Positions 21,259-31,539 of a stretch of 64,000 bases of DNA are shown here, piece by piece. Positions within the stretch are counted from its first letter, which is position 1. Each line of letters starts with the position of its first letter. The notes under the pieces are model-generated. The model made no database searches, was not told where the DNA came from, and worked only from the letters and a program-made list of their open reading frames with translations. Origin of the DNA: an uncultured Gammaproteobacteria bacterium. GTDB taxonomy: Bacteria; Pseudomonadota; Gammaproteobacteria; JAIEPX01. The DNA is taken from the NCBI GenBank assembly GCA_963725255.1, contig CAVRXV010000008.1, positions 50,159 through 114,158 of the forward strand, written 5' to 3'. Made by a program: the position numbers and the translations under genes.

Positions 21259-21933
21259 ATGACTCGACAAATTGTGCTAGATACTGAAACGACAGGACTC
21301 TCACCTGGTGATGGACATCGTGTAATAGAAATTGGTTGTGTTGAATTGCTCAATCGTCGTTACACCGGAAATAATTTTCATGCGTATTTGAATCCAGAAC
21401 GACAAATTGATTTGGGTGCTATGCGCGTACACGGAATTAGCAATGAATTTTTAAAAGATAAACCACGATTCGTTGAGATGATAGATGATTTTATTAATTA
21501 TATTCGCGGAGCAGAATTAATTATCCACAATGCAACTTTCGATGTGGGTTTTCTCAATCACGAATTTAAATTGTCGGGTTCACATTATCAATCCATTGAA
21601 AAAATCAGTGGGGTTTTCGATACGTTAACGTATGCAAGACGATTACATCCTGGCCAGAAAAATAGTCTAGATGCGTTATGTAAGCGTTATAATGTGAATA
21701 ATTCCAATCGACAGCTTCACGGTGCGTTGCTTGACGCTGAATTATTGGCACACGTTTATTTGGCGATGACGGGCGGACAAGTGACGATGTTCGGTGATGC
21801 TTCGGATACTGTTCAACAGGTTGCGGATTCTGGGCCGATAATTCGAAACGACCGTCAACATTCTTTGCCGGTGATTGTTGCGACGGCCGAGGAATTAGAG
21901 GCGCACCAACTTTTTCTGGAATCTATCATATAG
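21259..21933 (+). CDS. dnaQ: DNA polymerase III epsilon subunit (3'-5' exonuclease)
   Basis: Exo I motif LDTETTGL. Exo II and Exo III (H..ALLDAELLA) motifs. Conserved rnhA-dnaQ synteny. Confidence 0.92.
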   Translation: MTRQIVLDTETTGLSPGDGHRVIEIGCVELLNRRYTGNNFHAYLNPERQIDLGAMRVHGISNEFLKDKPRFVEMIDDFINYIRGAELIIHNATFDVGFLNHEFKLSGSHYQSIEKISGVFDTLTYARRLHPGQKNSLDALCKRYNVNNSNRQLHGALLDAELLAHVYLAMTGGQVTMFGDASDTVQQVADSGPIIRNDRQHSLPVIVATAEELEAHQLFLESII

Positions 21934-22014
21934 GGGTCAGGCATGCATCTTTGCATTTAGCATCCTGCCTCTTTAGACGCAGGATGCTAAATGCAAAGAT
22001 GCATGCCTGACCCC
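21934..22014. repeat. Perfect 81-bp palindrome (GGGGTCAGGCATGCATCTTTGCATTTAGCATCCTGC...)
   Basis: Exact self-complementarity was read directly. It fills the gap between convergent dnaQ and nhaP. Confidence 0.85.
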
Positions 22015-22016
22015 AA

Positions 22017-23256
22017 TTAAGCTGTCTTACTTTTTTCCACTAACGATTTAATGGTCATGCCTTGGATCAAAATAGAAAACATGACGACAGCATAGGTCAT
22101 CAGCAAAATCAGTTCACGATTTTTACTTTGTGGTAAAGCTAACGCGAGTGCAACAGCAAGACCGCCTCTTAATCCACCCCAAACTAAAATAGTGATCGTG
22201 TAAGGTACATATTTTCTTCGTAATTTGAAAAGTGCCATGGGTGCAGCGACTGTGAGGAAACGCACAAAAAGAACGAGAGGGATAGCGATTATGGCAGCGA
22301 TAATGCTAGAAACGTGAGTTTCGAGTACCAGAATTTCAAATCCGATGAGTAAAAAGAGAACGGCGTTAAGAATTTCATCAATCAGTTCCCAGAATGTGTC
22401 GAGGTTATTGCGCGATTTTTCTGACATGGCAGTGTGACGGCCACTATTGCCTATATAAATTCCTGCAGCGACCATCGCAAGTGGTCCGGAAACACCTAAG
22501 GCATTTGCAAGAATATACGCACCCGTAGTGACCACTAAAGTGAGCAGAATTTCCACTTTGTAATTATCGATAGCTTTAATCAGTTTGGTAATTATCAGGC
22601 CACAGGCTAATCCGTACGCAACTCCACCAACGGCTTGTTGAAGAAAAAGAAGACTCACATCTTGCCAAGTGAGGGGCGTTTCAGAAAAAAGCGAGTTGGT
22701 ATAGTGAAAGAAACATCACAATGCCAACACCATCATTGAAAAGAGATTCTCCTGCAACTTTAACATCTAATTGTTTGGGGGCATTTAATTCTTTAAAGGT
22801 AGCGAGTACCGCAATGGGATCGGTCGGAGAAATCAATGCGCCAAAGAGTAAGCAATAAATAAAATCTAGATGAAGCGAAATTAAGGGTAATATAAAATAA
22901 ATTAAAATTCCCACAAGAAAAGTTGAAGCGATGGTTCCTAGCATTGCAAGAACGCCGATTTCCCATTTATGTCGTTTGAGCGTAGCAAGATCAACATGCA
23001 AGGATCCAGCAAATAATAAAAAACTCAGCATGCCATCGATCAACAATGCATGAAAATCAAGTTGAGAAATTTGTTTTGTGATTATTTGGCCCACCCCAAA
23101 GTGTTGATATCGACCAAACACAATTAATAATAATGAAAGAATAATAGAGGATGTCATAATTGCAATGGTAGTCGGCATTTTAATGAAACGTTCGTTAAGA
23201 TAAGTTGCTGCTACCGCAAGGGTCAAAATAATCGATGCTATGGTATAAATGCTCAT
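22017..23256 (-). pseudogene. NhaP-type (CPA1) Na+/H+ antiporter disrupted by frameshift (ORFs 22681-23256 and 22017-22658)
   Basis: N-terminal part has the CPA1 motifs ISPTDPIAV and ESLFNDG. The downstream ORF continues the TM core in another frame. Confidence 0.55.
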
Positions 23257-23268
23257 AAATGATCCTAA

Positions 23269-24585
23269 TTAATGATCTTCTGGAACATGGCAGTAGGTTT
23301 CAGTAATTAAAAATGCAAAAAAAGTTGATAATGCAAGTCCGATTGGAATCACACTCAATGCAAAGTGATAATCTGTTACAGTGAAAGCTTGCAGTCCGTT
23401 CACTAGCGTATTATGAGAACCCCAGTGTAAATTGAGGAGAACACCGACTAGTGGTTGAAAAATGGCTCCGCCCATCATTATCATAAAATTGGTGGTTCCC
23501 GTTGAAGTGCCCGATAATTTGTTGCTATTTTTTTCGCGAATAAGAGAAAAAACTAAAATTTGACCGCTGCTAAAGAGTCCCAGTAAAAATAAGGATACGT
23601 TCATCATAAAAAATGGCACATAAGGAAAATAAAGAACGATTAACATGATGAGTAATCCGCCTATATTAGAAATAATGAGTGGAGGTCGGCGCAAACCAAT
23701 TTTATCTGAATAGTAACCAATCAATGGGGCACCTATCATCCAACCGATAAAAGTCATCATCATTAATTGTGCTGCTTTTTCTGGAGTGAGTGAATAAGCA
23801 TCTTGGAAAAAAGGAATACCCCATAAGTCCATTAAGACCGATGCTGGCATATACATCAAAGCTCCGACTGCACCGATGTACCATGTTTGTGGCCGTGAGA
23901 AAATAACACGTAAACCGCTTCTGAGTTCAGGGAAGCTACTTCTATAAGGCGGTATGCGGTGAGCATGTTCAGGACGTGGACGATTTCGTAAAAATAAAAA
24001 AATGATTCCGGCTAGAATAATTCCTGAGAGTACGACGGAATTTAAGGGGTCTTTATATCCTATAACGTGCACCCATTTTGCGAGGTAATAGTCTGAAAAT
24101 ATTGCCGATATCATGGCTAAAGTAGTGGTTAATCCGGCTGCTAGTGCAAAATGTCGGGTGGGTAACCAAAGCGATGAGATTTTTAATACACTGATGTAAC
24201 CGAATGCAGCACCGAGACCCATTAAAAAGCGCCCTATACACGCTAGCACATAGCTAGTTTCTGCAGAAATAAAAATAGAAACGCCGAGGGTGCATATCAA
24301 GCAGGCGATCACGAGTGACGTACGTACACCATATTTGTCGAGCAAAACTCCTACAGGAATTTGCATTGGAGTGTATGCATAGTAAAAAAAAGCCGCTAAG
24401 TGACCAAATTGACCTGCAGAAATATTGAAGTGTTGAATCAACTCAGTTTTCATAGTGCTGGGGGAGACGCGTAAAAAATAAGCGAAGGAATAAAAACTGA
24501 CTACAATCGCAAACATAATCCAGGGTAAGACGTGTATCTTATAATAAAGGTGGCTCGAAAAATCTTTCGGGTTCTGTCGATCCAT
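23269..24585 (-). CDS. MFS-family transporter
   Basis: 438 aa, 12 predicted TM segments. MFS-like loop between TM2 and TM3. Confidence 0.7.
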   Translation of the reverse strand: MDRQNPKDFSSHLYYKIHVLPWIMFAIVVSFYSFAYFLRVSPSTMKTELIQHFNISAGQFGHLAAFFYYAYTPMQIPVGVLLDKYGVRTSLVIACLICTLGVSIFISAETSYVLACIGRFLMGLGAAFGYISVLKISSLWLPTRHFALAAGLTTTLAMISAIFSDYYLAKWVHVIGYKDPLNSVVLSGIILAGIIFLFLRNRPRPEHAHRIPPYRSSFPELRSGLRVIFSRPQTWYIGAVGALMYMPASVLMDLWGIPFFQDAYSLTPEKAAQLMMMTFIGWMIGAPLIGYYSDKIGLRRPPLIISNIGGLLIMLIVLYFPYVPFFMMNVSLFLLGLFSSGQILVFSLIREKNSNKLSGTSTGTTNFMIMMGGAIFQPLVGVLLNLHWGSHNTLVNGLQAFTVTDYHFALSVIPIGLALSTFFAFLITETYCHVPEDH

Positions 24586-24699
24586 GAGTATATCCTGACT
24601 ACTATTCGTAATCCAAAGGCTATCAAGCTGGATTGCTAAAGTCCATAGATATCTTGCGGTTTATGGAATCACCCTAATAAGGGTGAAAATCCTTATCTT

Positions 24700-24972
24700 T
24701 TAGGGGCCAGCTGCTGGTGGGGCAGCAGGGGCAGCTGCAGGGTTAGGAGTGGTTTTTGTTGCGTAATTAATAACCTTGAGTAGCTCCAAACCTAACATTA
24801 TTGTGGCCGCTACGGCGAAAAATACGGCTGCAAACTTAAAAAATGCTGGAACTGCTGCAATGACGAGCGGCGGGCAAAAAATGCCGCATAATACCATAGC
24901 CATAGCGGCCAATGTAACGGCTATTGCGGCTGCTATTGCGATTCCGACTGCGATTTCTCTTGCTGTTGCCAT
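24700..24972 (-). CDS. Small Ala-rich hydrophobic protein (doubtful). An overlapping + strand ORF (24776-25006) is equally possible.
   Basis: Two mutually antisense low-complexity ORFs. The coding strand is unresolved. Confidence 0.25.
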   Translation of the reverse strand: MATAREIAVGIAIAAAIAVTLAAMAMVLCGIFCPPLVIAAVPAFFKFAAVFFAVAATIMLGLELLKVINYATKTTPNPAAAPAAPPAAGP

Positions 24973-25067
24973 TTTCTATTCCCCATTGTTAAATTATCAA
25001 CGTTAAGGGCAGTATACCATATATTACTAAAAAAGGCAATAAATTTAGCTCGAAAAACCGTTGATTA

Positions 25068-25112
25068 GGGGGCAGATCTAAGTATGTGTCATTCTTAGAT
25101 CTGACCCCTTCC
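25068..25112. repeat. Short MITE-like inverted repeat (GGGGCAGATCTAAG ... CTTAGATCTGACCCC)
   Basis: Arms of about 15 bp. Same terminal motif family as the other repeats. Confidence 0.7.
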
Positions 25113-25156
25113 TTTTCAGTAAGCTCTCAGTATACTGGCCTCAGGAGGACATTATT

Positions 25157-27811
25157 ATGAGTTTAACGAATACAGCTGAGAGCCGCACTCATTATTTAGA
25201 GGACTATCGAGTTCCTGATTTCTTATGCGATGCCATTTTCTTGCATTTTGAATTACATGAGGACCACACCACGGTACATAGCGTTATGCATTTGCGACGT
25301 AATCCACATTCACAAAATCCCGATTCGTCATTGGTACTGAATGGCGAAGTAATGGAGTTAGAAACGTTATTATTGGAAGGAACTCCAGTATCATCAGAAT
25401 ATTATCATGTGGATACCGAAAATTTAACAGTCGATCATTTACCTGCTCAGTTTATATTAGAAACGATTGTTCGTATTAAACCTCATGAAAATTTAGCGCT
25501 CAGCGGTCTGTACAAATCACGTAATAATTATTGTACACAATGTGAGTCGCAAGGCTTTCGTCGTATCACTTATTTTCTCGATAGACCCGATGTCATGACT
25601 AAATTTACGGTAACGATTTCGGCTGATAAAAAACGTTATCCACTTTTATTTTCCAACGGAAATTTGGTTGAAGAAAAAGATTTGAGTAATGGACGTCATT
25701 GGGTGAAATGGGAAGATCCTTCCTTAAAACCCTCTTATTTATTTGCATTGGTAGCAGGGGAATTGGATCTTTTACAGGATAAATTTATTACGCGTTCAGG
25801 TCGAAAAGTCGATTTGCGACTTTATGTTGAGAAAGGAAATTTAGATCAAGCAAGCTATTCGATGGCAGCGTTGAAAAATGCAATGCGATGGGATGAACAA
25901 ACATTTGGTTGTGAATATGATCTTGATATTTATATGATCGTTGCTGTTAGTGATTTCAATATGGGGGCGATGGAAAATAAAGGTCTCAATATTTTCAATG
26001 ATAAATATATCTTAGCAAATCCCGAAACTGCAACGGATGAAGATTATGTGTTAATCGAAACGGTGATTGGCCATGAATATTTTCATAATTGGTCGGGCAA
26101 TCGAGTGACGGTTCGAGATTGGTTTCAAATCACATTAAAAGAAGGGCTCACTATTTTCCGTGATCAAAGTTTTACGGCAGATCACACCTTAGGTGATGTT
26201 AAGCGAATTCAAGATGTGAATGTTATTCGCAATGCGCAATTTGCTCAAGATGCAGGACCGATGGCTCATCCTATTCGACCTCATTCCTATATTGAAGTAA
26301 ATAATTTTTATACGGTTACTGTTTACAATAAAGGCTCTGAAGTTATTCGAATGCAACAAACTCTTTTAGGAAAAGAAAAATTTACCAAAGCGATGGAAAC
26401 GTATTTTCATCGTTTTGATGGCATGGCAGTGACCACTGAAGATTTTGTTAGTGTCATGTCAGAAGTGGGGCAAATTGATTTAACACAATTTAGATTGTGG
26501 TATGAGCAAGCGGGCACTCCCATATTAACGTTCAGCGATAGTTATGATGAGTCTTCGCAAACTTACACATTAAGCGTTCAGCAATTTACACCGCCTACTC
26601 CAGGGCAGACTGAAAAATTACCTTTTCATATCCCGATCAAACTCGGGCTTTTAGATTCTTTTGGGCGTGATATTCCTTTGCAATTAAAGGATGAGTCTAC
26701 TGCTGCAGGTACTCAGCGCGTTTTAAATTTCACTGAATCAGAGCAAACATTTTATTTTGTGAATGTAAAAGAAAAACCAGTGCCTTCCTTACTGCGGAAT
26801 TTCTCAGCGCCTGTAAAAATTAATTACCCTTATACCGATTCAGAATTTATTTTTCTGATGCGACATGATAGCGACGGATTTAATCGATGGGATGCAGGAC
26901 AGCAATATTTTATTCGAACGATTCTTGCATTAGTGGATGATTATCAGAAAAATAAACCACTCTCTTTAAGTGATCAGTTTATAGAAGCTGTTGGTGCTGT
27001 TCTTTCTGATGCATCACTTGATAATTTATTGAAGGCTGAAATGCTTATTTTGCCGGGTATTTCTTATTTAATTGAATGTATGACAGTTGCTGATGTCGCA
27101 GCTATTCATCACGTGCGCGAATTTATCAAAAAACAATTAGCGGTGAAATTATCAACAATCTGGCAAAAGTCTTATGCAGAAAATGCATTGCCCGGTGAGT
27201 ATACTTTTTCACATTCTGCGATGGGGCATCGTCGAATGAGAAATTTAGCGTTACATTTTTTAATCTTGGGTGCTCAAGATGGAGATTGCTCAATCGCAAT
27301 TCAGCATTATGAGGCCTCAAATAATTTAACGGATCGTCTAGGAGCTCTGGAAGCGATCAATGGTGTTGAAAGCAAAGACCGTGATCGATTGTTGGCCGCG
27401 TTTTATGATCGCTATCAGCGGGATCATTTGGTCATAGATAAATGGTTCCGATTACAAGCTATAGCACCCTTATCGAGTACGTTAGCGCAAGTTAAGGATT
27501 TGCTAAAACATAGCGCATTCGACATCAAAAACCCTAATAAAGTGCGTTCCTTAGTGGGGTCCTTTGCGAGCCTGAATCCCCTGTGTTTTCACGCTTCCGA
27601 TGGCAGTGGATATGAATTTCTAGCAAATATTGTAATAGAAATAGATAAATTTAATCCGCAAGTGGCTGCTAGGCTCATTGAACCCTTGATTCGATGGCGT
27701 AAATTTGGTATAAAGGTTCAAGGTCTCATGAAGGCGAGCTTAGAGACCGTCGCTAATCATCCCGCCTTATCAAAGGATGTGGGTGAGATAGTCGTAAAGA
27801 GTCTGAAATAA
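25157..27811 (+). CDS. pepN: Aminopeptidase N (M1 family)
   Basis: GAMEN motif. Zinc-binding HEYFHNW(18)E motif. 884 aa, collinear with PepN. Confidence 0.92.
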   Translation: MSLTNTAESRTHYLEDYRVPDFLCDAIFLHFELHEDHTTVHSVMHLRRNPHSQNPDSSLVLNGEVMELETLLLEGTPVSSEYYHVDTENLTVDHLPAQFILETIVRIKPHENLALSGLYKSRNNYCTQCESQGFRRITYFLDRPDVMTKFTVTISADKKRYPLLFSNGNLVEEKDLSNGRHWVKWEDPSLKPSYLFALVAGELDLLQDKFITRSGRKVDLRLYVEKGNLDQASYSMAALKNAMRWDEQTFGCEYDLDIYMIVAVSDFNMGAMENKGLNIFNDKYILANPETATDEDYVLIETVIGHEYFHNWSGNRVTVRDWFQITLKEGLTIFRDQSFTADHTLGDVKRIQDVNVIRNAQFAQDAGPMAHPIRPHSYIEVNNFYTVTVYNKGSEVIRMQQTLLGKEKFTKAMETYFHRFDGMAVTTEDFVSVMSEVGQIDLTQFRLWYEQAGTPILTFSDSYDESSQTYTLSVQQFTPPTPGQTEKLPFHIPIKLGLLDSFGRDIPLQLKDESTAAGTQRVLNFTESEQTFYFVNVKEKPVPSLLRNFSAPVKINYPYTDSEFIFLMRHDSDGFNRWDAGQQYFIRTILALVDDYQKNKPLSLSDQFIEAVGAVLSDASLDNLLKAEMLILPGISYLIECMTVADVAAIHHVREFIKKQLAVKLSTIWQKSYAENALPGEYTFSHSAMGHRRMRNLALHFLILGAQDGDCSIAIQHYEASNNLTDRLGALEAINGVESKDRDRLLAAFYDRYQRDHLVIDKWFRLQAIAPLSSTLAQVKDLLKHSAFDIKNPNKVRSLVGSFASLNPLCFHASDGSGYEFLANIVIEIDKFNPQVAARLIEPLIRWRKFGIKVQGLMKASLETVANHPALSKDVGEIVVKSLK

Positions 27812-28034
27812 TTTTCAGGATGAATTCTAAAGGCAAGTGAGGAGTTAATGAAAAATGATTCTCACATTGCAATTTGGGGTTCTTATCGAATCTGCCAGTG
27901 CGAACTTTCGTACGCATGGGTGTTGAAGAGTGATCTTCAACAAGGTTAACAAACCCATGGCGGATGGATGCTACATAACAATTGATTCGACGATGATTTT
28001 GTTTTGTAGCGCACAACTGACGGAGAAATAATCC

Positions 28035-28751
28035 ATGTTAAAGTTTTTTTCGAATCTTTTGCTTGCGTGTTTAATTTTTGTAAGCACTGCTAATGTTTAT
28101 TCGGCCCCTTTGGTTTCAGGTAAACAATCACAATTTATCAAACAAATGCTTCCCCAAGTACGTAAAGCGAACGCTGAAGTTCGACTTGCTCGTGAGCAGT
28201 TACTCATTGTGAATTCCAAATGGTCAAAATCTCATCAATTGAGTTCGCGCGATCAATTGTGGGTACAAAAAGTGGCAGCAGAATATAAAATTAAAGATTT
28301 TAATTCTAAAGACAAAGCGAGTTGGGATAAATTAATTCGGCGTGTTGACGTGCTTCCTGAATCGTTAATTTTGGCTCAAGCAATTCACGAATCAGATTGG
28401 GGTCAATCACGAATCGCAAAACAAGTGAATAATTATTTTGGGCGTTTTTGTTTTTCTTCAGGTTGCGGAATGGCGCCTATAAAACGTCATGGTAAAGGCG
28501 ATACTCACGAAATAAAAAGATTTAATTCTTTGTATGCATCGGTGGGTGATTATATTCGCAATATCAACACTCATACTGCGTATCAAACGTTGCGTGAAGA
28601 ACGTTCAAAAATTCATGCTAATAAGCAAGATATGCACGGAACGATTTTAGCGAAACATTTATCAAAATATTCTGAAGATGGTGCAACGTATGTTTCAATG
28701 GTGAAAGCTATTATTCATGCGTATAAACTTGAGAAATTGGATACTGTTTAA
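28035..28751 (+). CDS. Bax-like / FlgJ-type mannosyl-glycoprotein endo-beta-N-acetylglucosaminidase domain protein
   Basis: Signal peptide. The glucosaminidase-domain region shows the (A)QAIHESDWGQS pattern of the family. Confidence 0.55.
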   Translation: MLKFFSNLLLACLIFVSTANVYSAPLVSGKQSQFIKQMLPQVRKANAEVRLAREQLLIVNSKWSKSHQLSSRDQLWVQKVAAEYKIKDFNSKDKASWDKLIRRVDVLPESLILAQAIHESDWGQSRIAKQVNNYFGRFCFSSGCGMAPIKRHGKGDTHEIKRFNSLYASVGDYIRNINTHTAYQTLREERSKIHANKQDMHGTILAKHLSKYSEDGATYVSMVKAIIHAYKLEKLDTV

Positions 28752-28755
28752 CAGC

Positions 28756-28870
28756 ATCTCCCGGTGAAGGATTTTGGGTATTTTGGTTGCTTAATGCCCT
28801 GTATTTCTGGGTGTTGATTTTTAACACCGGGAGATGCTTCCTTTGATATAGTTAGGGGAGAGAATCTTTT
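28756..28870. repeat. Second repeat family copy (…GTGTTGATTTTTAACACCGGGAGATGCTTCCTTTGATATAGTTAGGGGAGAGAATC)
   Basis: About 60 bp shared with 20620-20720, plus a 13-bp inverted repeat GCATCTCCCGGTG/CACCGGGAGATGC. Confidence 0.65.
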
Positions 28871-28876
28871 AACAGA

Positions 28877-29854
28877 GTGATAGGATGGAAGCTTAGAATG
28901 TATACACATGATGATATTAGTCAACAAGGCTCACAAACAATAACTGGAGCATTATCAGGAAAAAAATTCACAATTCCTGATGTCAATGCAGCACCCATGC
29001 CTGCATTAGCAGCACCGGGTGTGATTTTAAATGGCAATAAAGCAGAGCAATTTGGCGAGATTGATTCCTCTGTTGGCTATCCCGATGTTAGAAGTTTTAA
29101 AAGAAAATTTGGTTTGCTGATTCCTGCGACAAATACCAGTATGGAACACGAGTTATGGAGCATCATTTTTAAAAACCAAGGTCCTAACGAATTGGCCGGT
29201 GTTGGTTTGCACACAACAAATGTTGCGACTCCAAGTCCTAAATTGGCTTCTGCTGAAGATTTATTAAATTATCAACGTCAATTTTTGACAGGCCTTAAAT
29301 CTGCGATTGATTCTGCATTATTATCAGTGCCGCAGTATTTAATAATGGGCATGAGTCTAGAGCACATTATTTATGGTTTGGATCAAATTAGAGCGCCGAT
29401 GAAAGATATTGAAGAGCATTCAAAATTATCGTGGGCGACATGGCATGATGCAGCTCCAGCAGCCTTAAATAAATTCGGAGCAAAACGAATTGGAATAATT
29501 TCACCGTTTGATTCTCAAGGCAATAAAAATGCCACAAAAATGTTTGAAGATTTAGGCTATGAAGTGGTGGCCAGTGTAGGATTTTCATGTGCTCATGCGA
29601 TGCACATTGCTCACGTTCCTGATTGGGCAAAAGAAAAAGCCGTTATGGAATTACTCGCCACAAACGAAAATAAATTAGATGCCATTGTTCAATGCGGAAC
29701 CAACATGAGTTTTATTAATGTGACTGAAAAATTGGAGCCGGTTCTAGGCATTCCTATTTTAGGAATTAATGCCGTGACTTTCTGGTATGCGCTTCGAGAA
29801 AATGGATTTTTAAATCCATTGGTGGGTGTCGGTCGATTGTTCAGAGAATTTTAA
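28877..29854 (+). CDS. Asp/Glu/hydantoin racemase superfamily enzyme (maleate isomerase / arylmalonate decarboxylase-like)
   Basis: GLLIPATNTSMEHE and downstream Cys-containing blocks fit the family. The N-terminal 60 aa may be a mis-called extension. Confidence 0.5.
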   Translation: MIGWKLRMYTHDDISQQGSQTITGALSGKKFTIPDVNAAPMPALAAPGVILNGNKAEQFGEIDSSVGYPDVRSFKRKFGLLIPATNTSMEHELWSIIFKNQGPNELAGVGLHTTNVATPSPKLASAEDLLNYQRQFLTGLKSAIDSALLSVPQYLIMGMSLEHIIYGLDQIRAPMKDIEEHSKLSWATWHDAAPAALNKFGAKRIGIISPFDSQGNKNATKMFEDLGYEVVASVGFSCAHAMHIAHVPDWAKEKAVMELLATNENKLDAIVQCGTNMSFINVTEKLEPVLGIPILGINAVTFWYALRENGFLNPLVGVGRLFREF

Positions 29855-29877
29855 ATCTTATTTATTCAATATCCAGG

Positions 29878-30210
29878 CTATCGTGTGAAACTAACTCTCA
29901 AATGAACGCCCTCAGCGTTCTGTAAAGCATGAATTATGGCAAATAAATTTTTTGCAGTAGGATTTCCTGAGGGGCCTAACATACGTTGCAAGCTTTTGGA
30001 GTCTTGATGTAAATTTTCAGACAAACTGCTAAATTGAATGGTGGCGTTGATATAATCTCTTAATAAAGATTTTGCAATTTCAATATCATCATTCAAAAAT
30101 AATTCTACAGCCTCACGCAACATTTCGCGACGAAACGCGGAATCTTTTCTCGCTCGTTCTAATACTGTTTCTCTAAAATGCTTAGTAATTGCCATAGTAT
30201 TTAACCTCAT
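29878..30210 (-). CDS. higA: HigA-family antitoxin (addiction-module antidote protein, HTH)
   Basis: 110 aa. Overlaps the upstream toxin gene by 4 nt. Conserved C-terminal ...ALG.IA... helix. Confidence 0.7.
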   Translation of the reverse strand: MRLNTMAITKHFRETVLERARKDSAFRREMLREAVELFLNDDIEIAKSLLRDYINATIQFSSLSENLHQDSKSLQRMLGPSGNPTAKNLFAIIHALQNAEGVHLRVSFTR

Positions 30211-30530
30211 TTATTAGATAAATATTCTTTCCACAATTTCACTGCTAATTGAATATCTTTATTCTGACGCAGCTTTGTACCACCACCTAACAAGATAATT
30301 AATTTTTCACCATCCTGCCCAAAATAGATCCTGACACCTGGCCCCCAATTAATCTTGTACTCAAAAATACCATTTTTCAGCCTTTTCACATTAGAGTAGT
30401 TACCTCGCTCTAAACGTGTTAATGCGGTAGTCACTTTAGAGGCCATGATTGGAGTCAGTGACATGAACCATCGTTCAAATGGGACTGCCCCCGTCGAACA
30501 GATATAAGATCTAATCTCAATTGTTATCAT
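30207..30530 (-). CDS. higB: HigB/RelE-type toxin (addiction-module killer protein)
   Basis: Start reassigned to MITIEIRSY. Family blocks: F..W...L......A......RL..GN.G..K......GV.ELRI..GPG.R.YF......IILL.GG.K..Q..DI..A. Confidence 0.7.
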   Translation of the reverse strand: MITIEIRSYICSTGAVPFERWFMSLTPIMASKVTTALTRLERGNYSNVKRLKNGIFEYKINWGPGVRIYFGQDGEKLIILLGGGTKLRQNKDIQLAVKLWKEYLSNK

Positions 30531-30722
30531 AATAGTAGCACATATGTTACTAAAATACAAACATAATCAAAGACCATTATGTATGTGAATCTTTGATTAC
30601 GACCAGCCCAACTCTCTAGAGGAATAATTTGTTGGGCACTGGGAGTTTACTCTGTAGGAAAATTAATACTATTCGTGTTTTCGTGTATACTCGAATGTTT
30701 TAGATATGATTGAGAATCACAA

Positions 30723-31391
30723 ATGCAAAATACAACGATATCGGCGGTCTTGTTTGATCTTGATGGCACGCTCTTAGATACCGTGCCAGACCTTGCTGGT
30801 GCCCTAAATACGCTGCGACAGCGTTATCAACTCCCCTCATTAGCCATAGATCAAGTCCGTCAAGTGACCTCTTATGGTTCGCCCGGTTTTATTAAACTCG
30901 GATTTGACATCGATACTGATCACCCCACATACCCTCAACTCAAAGAAGAATTTTATACGCTTTACGAAAATAGAATCAGTTCTGAAACACGACCGTTCGA
31001 AGGTGTAGAATTTGTTTTGGAAAAATTGAAACAACAAAACTTGCCGTGGGGAATAGTCACGAACAAAGTTGAACATCTTGCTAGAAAAGTCATTAGTGAT
31101 TTAGGGCTATTAGAACATTGTGCTTGTGTCATTGGGGGTGATACAACGGCTTTTTCAAAACCATCACCAGAACCACTTTACGCTGCGTGTTCAATTATTA
31201 ATTGCGCCCCAGAGTCCTGTCTCTTCATCGGTGATTCAATTCTTGATGTCGAAGCAGCAAAACGCGCAAGCATGCGCAGTGTTGTAGCGCTTTATGGTTA
31301 TATTCCTCAAAATGAGGATCCCTCTTCGTGGGGTGCTAACTACAGTATTTCTAAGCCTGAAGAATTATTAAACTGGATATTTCATCAATAA
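30723..31391 (+). CDS. gph: HAD-superfamily phosphatase, phosphoglycolate phosphatase-like
   Basis: Motif I (FDLDGTLLDT), motif II (T) and motif III (GDSILDVEAA). 222 aa. Confidence 0.7.
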   Translation: MQNTTISAVLFDLDGTLLDTVPDLAGALNTLRQRYQLPSLAIDQVRQVTSYGSPGFIKLGFDIDTDHPTYPQLKEEFYTLYENRISSETRPFEGVEFVLEKLKQQNLPWGIVTNKVEHLARKVISDLGLLEHCACVIGGDTTAFSKPSPEPLYAACSIINCAPESCLFIGDSILDVEAAKRASMRSVVALYGYIPQNEDPSSWGANYSISKPEELLNWIFHQ

Positions 31392-31539
31392 TCTTAGTAA
31401 GAAGCGCAATTGTGTTTGAGATATAGTTTAATTGTGCTTCATCTTTCTGGGACACTCCTGAACTTACTTCAAAATAGCAAGACGGCGCCATAAGTGCTAT
31501 AAGTGCTATCGCGAAATCGTCAATTTGAGACATGACCCC

